A stretch of 64,000 bases of DNA from a virus. Its lineage: Duplodnaviria; Caudoviricetes. This document shows positions 57,214 through 64,000 of the stretch, piece by piece; position 1 is the stretch's first letter, and each line of letters starts with the position of its first letter. The stretch is from the IMG/VR virus record IMGVR_UViG_3300042340_000394, positions 1 through 64,000 of that record; one strand, given 5' to 3'. A model generated the notes under the pieces. It saw nothing but the letters and a program-made list of their open reading frames with translations. It searched no databases and was not told the DNA's origin. Made by a program: the position numbers and the translations under genes.

Positions 57214-57789
57214 ATGGCAACCACGAAGAAGTCTCCGAAGAAGCGCCCCGCGAAGTTCGCCTCCGTCCGCAACGGTAGCGTCTACGACGCGAGGTTCGCT
57301 GAACGAACCGATGGTATGACGCGAGACGAAGCGCAATCGCTCATGCGAAGCATCGAGTTCGGTGACACTGTGTCATATGCGTCGAAGAATGGTCGCGTGT
57401 ACTCCGCAACCGCGTGGATCACTGATCGTAGCAATCCGAGCGAAGGCATCAAGTGGTTGCTCGCCCGTCGAACGTCATCGCGCAAGCGCAGCGAGGCAAC
57501 CGGCGTCAAGCAGAGGGCTCTCGGGCATACTCCGATCGTCGGATGGAAGAACGTCGTGTCGGTTCAGAAGCGCACCAGCGTCCGCAACGGTCGCGCGAAG
57601 TACGGCTACTACGTCGTCGACAAGGTCACCGGGCTCGTGCACGCGGGCAACGAGTTCCGCGAGGATGCGGTCGACGAGCGCAAGGCGATGGTCGAAGAGG
57701 GCGTGCCCGCGAGCCGCGTCGCGGTGATGACCGCGGCCAGCGTGCGGAGCAAGTTCGGCCAGATCCGGTGGGGCACCGGGCGCCCCTGA
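57214..57789 (+). CDS. Tagged two-module protein (SVRNG twice)
   Basis: KKRPAKFASVRNG and KRTSVRNG; TTGCGT...TAGCGT-N6-ATG promoter. Confidence 0.75.
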   Translation: MATTKKSPKKRPAKFASVRNGSVYDARFAERTDGMTRDEAQSLMRSIEFGDTVSYASKNGRVYSATAWITDRSNPSEGIKWLLARRTSSRKRSEATGVKQRALGHTPIVGWKNVVSVQKRTSVRNGRAKYGYYVVDKVTGLVHAGNEFREDAVDERKAMVEEGVPASRVAVMTAASVRSKFGQIRWGTGRP

Positions 57790-57837
57790 TGCCGCGCTCC
57801 CGCTGAATACGGCGCTCGCAGCGCACGTCGGTAGCGT

Positions 57838-58230
57838 ATGCCGACCACACGCGAGCGCCTCGCCGCCCGACTCAACACCATCGTCGCCGCACTCGGGATC
57901 ACCGACGTTCGCATCGAGCCCGACGACGTGCGCCGCGTTCACGCGGGGCGACACCAGCGCAGCGAAGGTGCGTTCTCGTGGTTCGCGCAACCACGGAGCA
58001 TCACGGGGCGACTGGTATCGCTCGGCAGTCAATTCACCGCCGCGGAGTGCGTGCGCTTGCCCGTGATCGTTTCGCCGTCGTTCGATGGGTGGGTGCTCGA
58101 CCCCGTGTTCCGCGAGCATCGCGCGCACAACGGCGTGCCGCAAGGCGCGGCGTTCGGCACCATCGACGACCTCACGTTGTCGGGCGTCGGCGCCGTGCGG
58201 TGGTACGACGCCGCGGGCGTGGCGTTGTGA
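57838..58230 (+). CDS. Hypothetical protein
   Basis: Protein-like composition. Confidence 0.55.
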   Translation: MPTTRERLAARLNTIVAALGITDVRIEPDDVRRVHAGRHQRSEGAFSWFAQPRSITGRLVSLGSQFTAAECVRLPVIVSPSFDGWVLDPVFREHRAHNGVPQGAAFGTIDDLTLSGVGAVRWYDAAGVAL

Positions 58231-58276
58231 TCGGCCATTGCGGGCGCACTGCGCATCGGGCATAAAGGGGACGGAC

Positions 58277-59326
58277 ATGAAGAACACGCGACACCACGTC
58301 CGCAACGGCAAGCCGCTCTCCGACGACAAGTTGCGCGAGGTGATGCTCAAGATCCGCAAGGGCGCGACGGCATCGCTCACGTTCGCGCAACTGGCGGCGG
58401 TTCTCGAAGCGATCGGTGGGCACGCGGAGGAGTTCGTCGCGCTCGCTCGCGTCGGAGACAACAGGCCAGCGCACGCATACGCCGACGACGAAGAGAGTTT
58501 CGCGACGCTCGCCAGCGCGCTCCGCACTCGCGTGGTCGACAAGATCCCCGCGAAGTTCAAGTCGGGCGCCGTGTTCCTCTCCGACGTTCGCCGAAGCGCC
58601 GAAGACGTCGCGCATGGCTACTGGTACGTCACCTACGAGGGCGTCGTCGCGGTCGACGCGATCCGCGCATCGCTCGACGGCAAGTCCGTGGAGCTTCTGC
58701 CGATGCGGGGCCACGGCACCTACGTCGTAGACGTAACCAGCGGTCGCAAGCGTCGCGCGCCCGGTGTCTCGACGTACGAGTTGACCTCGTGGCTCGACGA
58801 AGAGACCGACTGGGTTGCGCGCGTGAATCGTTTCCTGAACGTCGAGGAGCACGTTCCCGCGGAGGCGCGGACTCGCGACAACACCGGAACGTGCCCCGTG
58901 TGTTTCCGCAACATCAAGCTCGAAGCTGGGCGCGGCGACCTCCCCGTGATGGTGCTGCACGGCTACGAGCGCCCCCGCTATCAGGGCGGCATCGAGGGAC
59001 GTTGCGACGGCGTTGCGTTCCCGCCCTTCGAGTTGTCGCCCGCGGGCACGGTGAAGAACGTCGCCGCGCTCGGCGAGTTGATCGAGTCGATGCAGCGCGC
59101 CGCCGAGAACGCGACGAAGAAGTTCGACCGCGAGCGCATCGAAGCCACGATCGCGTCTGCGCAGCGGGAACTCGATGCGTTCCGTCGCCTCGTGATGTAC
59201 TGGCGCAAGCGCCCGCTCCCGCGCGAGGGCGAACCCGACCGCAACCTGTTCTCGGTGGGCCAGTTGCCCGACGACCGCAGGAGCGAGCAGAACGGTCGCC
59301 GGTCCGTGCGGCGCCGCACGCGGTAG
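58277..59326 (+). CDS. Tagged protein (RHHVRNG) with a Zn domain shared with 27398 and 27995
   Basis: GTCPVCF...HGY...C.G...PFELSP; basic tail QNGRRSVRRRTR. Confidence 0.75.
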   Translation: MKNTRHHVRNGKPLSDDKLREVMLKIRKGATASLTFAQLAAVLEAIGGHAEEFVALARVGDNRPAHAYADDEESFATLASALRTRVVDKIPAKFKSGAVFLSDVRRSAEDVAHGYWYVTYEGVVAVDAIRASLDGKSVELLPMRGHGTYVVDVTSGRKRRAPGVSTYELTSWLDEETDWVARVNRFLNVEEHVPAEARTRDNTGTCPVCFRNIKLEAGRGDLPVMVLHGYERPRYQGGIEGRCDGVAFPPFELSPAGTVKNVAALGELIESMQRAAENATKKFDRERIEATIASAQRELDAFRRLVMYWRKRPLPREGEPDRNLFSVGQLPDDRRSEQNGRRSVRRRTR

Positions 59327-59395
59327 GCTCTGCCCGCTCGAAGAAAACTTCGGGGGCGTGTAAGAAGCGGGTCGTTGCGGTGCGTATAACTGCGC

Positions 59396-59623
59396 ATGCG
59401 CAATCCTACGAAAACGAAGTCGTGGCAGAAAATCCTCGCGCACCCGCGCGTTCTCTCGGCGTGGGACGAGACGGTCGATGAAGTGCCTAGCTTGTGGGCG
59501 GAGTTGCGTCCGGGGTGGGCGTACGAGGGGACGCACTGCGTACACCGCGAGTCCGTAGCGGCGCTCCTGCGCGACGTGGTGAGCGCCGAGCCGTGCGACT
59601 GCGAGCACTGCGCGGAAAAATGA
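59396..59623 (+). CDS. Small Cys-containing protein
   Basis: Class I promoter. Confidence 0.6.
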   Translation: MRNPTKTKSWQKILAHPRVLSAWDETVDEVPSLWAELRPGWAYEGTHCVHRESVAALLRDVVSAEPCDCEHCAEK

Positions 59624-59670
59624 TCGGGCGTCGTAAAGAACGGCGCCCCGACGGGCGTAGAAGAGACACC

Positions 59671-59874
59671 ATGAAGAACACGACCGACACGGTTTCGCTC
59701 GCGAAGGCACTCGAAGATATGCGCGGTTGCTTCGGCCGCGCCCCGAAGGCCGGGTGGATCGCCGCCATCGACGAGAGTGGCAAGGTCCGCATGACGGCGG
59801 GCAAGGCGGCGCACGGCCTCCTCCGCATGAACGCCAGCGTGCAGGGGTGGAAGGTCGTCCGCATCACGAAGTGA
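59671..59874 (+). CDS. Hypothetical protein
   Basis: Class I promoter at 59632-59670. Confidence 0.6.
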   Translation: MKNTTDTVSLAKALEDMRGCFGRAPKAGWIAAIDESGKVRMTAGKAAHGLLRMNASVQGWKVVRITK

Positions 59875-59946
59875 GGCACGCCGCCGCCACGACGCCCGTA
59901 CCTGCGCAACTCGCGCGGTGCGGGCTCGCGGCGTTGGGAGAGCAAG

Positions 59947-60507
59947 ATGAGTGAGAACCCGCGCGAAACGTTCCGCCGCCTGCACGCCATCGCGTCGTGC
60001 GAAACCGCCACCGCCGAGGAGCGCGAGAACGCGCGCCGCGTGATGGATCGCTACATCGCGAAGTACGGCGCCGAAGTGTCGATCCCCGAGAGCGAACCGC
60101 AGATCGAGCAGTGCGTAACGTACGCGCACGAGTACGAGGAGCGCCTCTCGGTTCACTGCGCGGTGTTCGCGGGCTGCGCGGCATTCAGCATCGGGCGGAC
60201 CCTCTACCGTGGGCGAGCGAACGAGAAGTTTCGCACCGACGGCAAGACCACGAAGTTCCGCGGCTCGGAGTCGGCGGTTCTCTCCGCGGTGGAACTCTAC
60301 GAGCACCACCGCGCGAAACTCGCGGAACTGTTCGAGACGGTGGAGAACGGCTACCGTTTCGCAGCGATGCCGCTCCCGCCCGTCGAGGGCCGCAAGAGCG
60401 GCGTGGTGGCGCCGCACCTCCTCAGTGCGCTCCGCGCCGCGCAGAACGTCGGGCGCACGCACTCGCTCACGAACACGCTGCCCGCCACCGCGGGCGGCAA
60501 GCGATGA
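59947..60507 (+). CDS. DUF2786-like protein
   Basis: RRLHAIA...ATAEERENARRVMDRYIAKYG. Confidence 0.6.
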   Translation: MSENPRETFRRLHAIASCETATAEERENARRVMDRYIAKYGAEVSIPESEPQIEQCVTYAHEYEERLSVHCAVFAGCAAFSIGRTLYRGRANEKFRTDGKTTKFRGSESAVLSAVELYEHHRAKLAELFETVENGYRFAAMPLPPVEGRKSGVVAPHLLSALRAAQNVGRTHSLTNTLPATAGGKR

Positions 60508-60567
60508 CCGCCGACGAAATCGGCGAGGCGACGTAAAGAACTCGCTCGCTCCGCTCGTACAAGTCGC

Positions 60568-60798
60568 ATGGCATTCACCGTAACCGAGGCTCGCGGCAAC
60601 CGCCGCGCCGCAATGCACTGCGTCCGCGGGCACGTATTCACCCTCGCAACCGCGAACACCGACGACTACGGGTCGTGGTGCCCGCAGTGCGGCGGCACCG
60701 CGCACTCCGACGTGCGCAAGGGCTGCACGTTCTGCGAGGAGCACGACGCCTCGCCCGACGAGTGCCACGAGCACTGCGCCCACGGAGCGCGGACGTGA
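60568..60798 (+). CDS. Small Zn-ribbon protein
   Basis: CVRGH...WCPQC; class I promoter. Confidence 0.65.
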   Translation: MAFTVTEARGNRRAAMHCVRGHVFTLATANTDDYGSWCPQCGGTAHSDVRKGCTFCEEHDASPDECHEHCAHGART

Positions 60799-61142
60799 GC
60801 GACGAACGCAAGCAGGCCGAGCTCGTGGCACCGTTCTTCGCCGCGCTGTACGACACGCTGGCGGCGAACGGCGCGGAACTGCGCATCCTCTCCCGCGAGG
60901 AGTACGTGCGGCACGAGTCTGAACGGGTAGCCCGCGGCGAGCGTCCGTCGACCGAGTTGCGCATCGTCGGCGCGCTCGGGCACGGAGGAAAACTGCGCTA
61001 CGTCTCGTACCAGCGCAGGTTCTACGTTGACGGCTACCCCGAAAACGAGACGCCGAAAACGCGCGCGATCGAAGCGCGATGCAACGATGCGCTGCGCGAC
61101 TTCTGCGCTGCGTGGGAGGGAGCGACGCCGTGGCGGGACTGA
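60795..61142 (+). CDS. Hypothetical protein
   Basis: GALGHGGK motif; coupled ORF. Confidence 0.6.
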   Translation: MSDERKQAELVAPFFAALYDTLAANGAELRILSREEYVRHESERVARGERPSTELRIVGALGHGGKLRYVSYQRRFYVDGYPENETPKTRAIEARCNDALRDFCAAWEGATPWRD

Positions 61143-61663
61143 TGCGCCTCTACGCGATCGACCCCGACGAGACGCGCGTGTTTCTCGGCGAGCACACCGC
61201 GGAGTCGGCCGACGCGCGCCTCGCCCGCCGCAAGCGCCCGTGGGTCGAAGCCGTGCTCCGCGAGGGCGACTCCGTTGTCGCTCGCAGGTTCCCGGCGACA
61301 CCGTGGGTTCCCGCGCTGCACTGGCCCGACGAGAAGCCGGTGGTGTTCGAGCACGAGGCACGGCGCATCGTCGCGTGGTTGCGCGAGGCGGGCGTGAAGG
61401 CGACGATCAAGGGGCTGCGTCGCGCACCGTGGCCCGGTCGCGAGCCGAGCGCCGGGTGCATCGGCGAGCAGAACCGATACCTCCGTGACGAGTCCGACGG
61501 CGTGTGGGCGCTCGTGGTGCTCTTGCTGCAAGAGGGCATCGTGCAGGGCGGGTTGATTGAGCGCGAGCAGTCGAAGCCGATCAGGCTGATGCTCGCGATG
61601 GCCGAGGAGGCGAACGATCTTCTCAGGGCCGAGATCGCGAGAATCGAGGGGCAGAAAACGTGA
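61142..61663 (+). CDS. Hypothetical protein
   Basis: TGATG coupling. Confidence 0.55.
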   Translation: MRLYAIDPDETRVFLGEHTAESADARLARRKRPWVEAVLREGDSVVARRFPATPWVPALHWPDEKPVVFEHEARRIVAWLREAGVKATIKGLRRAPWPGREPSAGCIGEQNRYLRDESDGVWALVVLLLQEGIVQGGLIEREQSKPIRLMLAMAEEANDLLRAEIARIEGQKT

Positions 61664-62070
61664 GCAATCGACTCGACGCCGTCGCCAACCGACTGATCGA
61701 CGCTGCGGTCGCCGCGGGGTTCAACAACCCGTACGTGAGAGCCGCTGGTGACGTGTGGATCAAGGCGTATGTTATCCACACCTCGGTCTGCGCATCGCGT
61801 GGCGATAGCGGCGAAATTCCTCCGCATCGGACGCCAACGATCGGCGTGATGCCTGCGATCGATGCGGACCTGTACGTCGCTCTCGCGGAGTACCTCGACT
61901 GCATAGCAGTCCGCTCGCCACCGACACGCCCGATGTTCGCGTGGGAGGGCGACGTAGTGAGCCTGAGCGACCTTCGAGCGGCGATGCGCGACCGCTTGCC
62001 CGTAGCGGAGGCGTGGGTGGCGATGGTGTGGCGTCTCGCCGCCGACGGCTTCGGTCTGAGAACGGGGTAG
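61660..62070 (+). CDS. Hypothetical protein
   Basis: GTGA coupling. Confidence 0.55.
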   Translation: MSNRLDAVANRLIDAAVAAGFNNPYVRAAGDVWIKAYVIHTSVCASRGDSGEIPPHRTPTIGVMPAIDADLYVALAEYLDCIAVRSPPTRPMFAWEGDVVSLSDLRAAMRDRLPVAEAWVAMVWRLAADGFGLRTG

Positions 62071-62103
62071 ACGTTCGGCACGATTCCGCGGTAGTGTCCC
62101 GCC

Positions 62104-64000
62104 ATGCGTCGCTCCGCCCGCCGTTCGCCCCGCATCGTCCGCTCGCGCAAGTCGCACCGCAACGGGAGCACCCCGACGGTGTGGACGCGCAACTTCGGGT
62201 TCCCGACGTCGTGGAGCACGACGATCGGCGACAACGTGGTCGCAGTTACGATGATCGCTGGCGAGCCGCTCGTTCGTCCCGCGGGCTTCGTGGCGCTCCT
62301 GAACGGTTCCAGCATCGGAGTGTTCTCGCAAGCGGACAAGGCGAAGGACGCAGCCGAGCGCGCCGCGATCCCCACGGTTCCCGTCGCGCGACAAGTGACG
62401 GTGGTCGAGCCCGCGATTCCCGTGAACGAAGCACCGTCGAGTCGGGAACTGGCAATCGTGCCCGACGCTCCGAAGGATGCGATCGTCAAGGAGGCTTCAA
62501 CGCCCGTAGGCGCGGTGCTCGAAGCGCGCCCCGAAGACTCGCGCAGCAAGGCCGTCGCAACAGCCGAACGCAAGTGGTCGCACTACCAGACGGCGATCTT
62601 CGATGAGATCCGCAACGGCGTCGGACACCTCGTGATCGAGGCAGTCGCAGGGGCGGGAAAAACTACGGTTTTGATCGAAGCTCTCAAGCACATCGACCCT
62701 TCCCTCTCCGTTCTCGTGGTGGCCTTCAACACGAGCATTCAGAAGGAACTCGACGCTCGCATTCCCGCGAACCTCACGAACGTTACGGTCGCGACGCTCT
62801 CGGCGCACGGTTACTCGATCCTGCGGCGATACTGGCACGCTCGCTACGCCGCGGGCAAGAAGCACAAGAGCTCCGGCATCCTCGACTACCTTCGCGACAA
62901 GGCGGTGATGAGGGCTGCGGTGCCCGAACAAATCGGCGGCGACAAGCTCCGTGACGTTCTCGAAGGCATCGAGAAGTTGTGCTCGCTCTGCGAGTGCTAC
63001 GTCGCCCTCAGTGACGACGAAATCCGCGCCGTGCAAGTCGACCACGACCTTCTTCTCCCCGAGTCGGGCGACCCGCGAGAGTGGGAGTACATCGGCGGCA
63101 CGCAGGCGAAGCCGCAGCGGTTCACGCACGCGAACGTGCTGCGGTGGGTTCATGCTGCGCAGCGCGCGCGACTCACAGAGCCGCCCGCCAATGCCAAATA
63201 CGCTCGCAGCATCGCGAGGCCGCAAGACCTCGCGGCGTACGACGAGATCACCGAGAACGGTAGACTTCCGTTCATTTCGTTCCGCGACATGACGTTCGTG
63301 GTCGCGGCGACGCCTGACATGGAACCCGAACGTCGGTACGACGTGATCTTCGTCGATGAAACGCAGGACATGGACAAGGCGCAACTCGCGCTCGTGTTCC
63401 GCAGTCTCGCGCCCGGTGGACGCGTTGTCGTCGTGGGCGACTCCAAGCAGGCGGTGTATCGATTCCGCGGAGCAGACTCGGACGCCATCAAGCGCCTCAT
63501 CAAGCAGTTGAATGCGACGGTTCTGCCGCTCTCCGTATCGTATCGCGTGCCCGCGTGTTCCGCAGCCGAAGCGCGAAAACTGGTGCCGCAGTTCGAGGTG
63601 CCCGAAGGCACCCCCGAAGGAACGTGCGCTCGCATCGACTCGCGCCAAATGGTTCAGATGTGGGGCCGCGGCGATATCGTAATCACTCGCGTGAACATGG
63701 CGCTCGTGCCGATGGCGCTCATCGCGATTTCGCAGGGCATCACCCCGTGGATTCTCGGAGAGGGCAGTTCGATCGCGAAGGAACTCAAGGAGATCATGTA
63801 CAAGATCCGAGCGCGCACGCGCGACTCGGACGATATGGGCGTGTTCATCGAGGCGCTCCAGAACTGGCACGAACGTGAGCGCGCCACGCGATCCGCGGAG
63901 GTAAGGGAGCGCCTTACGGAACTGCAACGTCGAAGCGGGAAGGAGTTCCGCAACATTTCGCAGATGATCGACGAAGATCACGAAGTCGTGATGGTCGACC
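62104..64000 (+). CDS. UvrD/Rep-like SF1 helicase, 3'-partial, with N-terminal RKSHRNG tag (absent from the ORF track)
   Basis: My translation gives AVAGAGKTT (Walker A, 62641), VAFN, VIFVDETQD, VGDSKQAVYRFRGAD and LSVSYRVP. Confidence 0.92.
   Translation, partial: MRRSARRSPRIVRSRKSHRNGSTPTVWTRNFGFPTSWSTTIGDNVVAVTMIAGEPLVRPAGFVALLNGSSIGVFSQADKAKDAAERAAIPTVPVARQVTVVEPAIPVNEAPSSRELAIVPDAPKDAIVKEASTPVGAVLEARPEDSRSKAVATAERKWSHYQTAIFDEIRNGVGHLVIEAVAGAGKTTVLIEALKHIDPSLSVLVVAFNTSIQKELDARIPANLTNVTVATLSAHGYSILRRYWHARYAAGKKHKSSGILDYLRDKAVMRAAVPEQIGGDKLRDVLEGIEKLCSLCECYVALSDDEIRAVQVDHDLLLPESGDPREWEYIGGTQAKPQRFTHANVLRWVHAAQRARLTEPPANAKYARSIARPQDLAAYDEITENGRLPFISFRDMTFVVAATPDMEPERRYDVIFVDETQDMDKAQLALVFRSLAPGGRVVVVGDSKQAVYRFRGADSDAIKRLIKQLNATVLPLSVSYRVPACSAAEARKLVPQFEVPEGTPEGTCARIDSRQMVQMWGRGDIVITRVNMALVPMALIAISQGITPWILGEGSSIAKELKEIMYKIRARTRDSDDMGVFIEALQNWHERERATRSAEVRERLTELQRRSGKEFRNISQMIDEDHEVVMVD

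Noticed and set aside
59396-59623. MRNP start counted as a tag
   Set aside because: No preceding basic patch, and the gene has a class I promoter; left out of the tag set as probably coincidental.
538-63981. Many long Arg/Ala-rich ORFs in the track (e.g. 538..2331, 21011..23143, 58981..60831, 62497..63981)
   Set aside because: They overlap better-supported genes in other frames and are expected shadow ORFs in high-GC DNA.
1-64000. CRISPR array
   Set aside because: No regularly spaced identical repeats with unique spacers; the recurring motifs are promoter-like and sit before start codons.

Overview
High-GC window that reads as part of one large virus- or phage-like genome. It is densely packed with short hypothetical genes, has no host housekeeping operons, and has no recognisable terminase, portal or tail genes. 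A DA-rich lipoprotein, a PEGA/TPR-type secreted protein and the style of the ECF sigma suggest a Myxococcota host (inference). Recognisable parts: a candidate virion module at about 1-6.1 kb (membrane-anchored Pro-rich proteins, and a candidate major capsid protein with a clear paralog at 13.3 kb), a complete tmRNA, two sigma factors, a type IIG-like restriction-modification enzyme, membrane-anchored lytic enzymes, two IscB/omegaRNA elements, a cysteine desulfurase, Nudix and PP2C enzymes, and a 3'-truncated UvrD-like helicase missing from the ORF track. The most interesting signal is an apparent two-layer system. (1) About 18 unrelated proteins, including the ECF sigma and the helicase, carry a basic patch ending in [RK]-N-[PGS] or a close variant, at the N-terminus or between domains. 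This is a candidate virion-cargo or protease-processing tag. (2) About 28 small genes each have their own copy of a conserved ECF-type promoter, cGTAAG-N17-CGTAGAAG, while tagged genes mostly use sigma70-like leaderless promoters. Also notable: a structured ncRNA candidate with complementary loops at about 15.4-15.6 kb, and an IscB whose 20-nt guide position holds the continuation of the ADP-ribosylglycohydrolase gene it disrupted. All calls come from reading the sequence by eye; no searches or folding were run.
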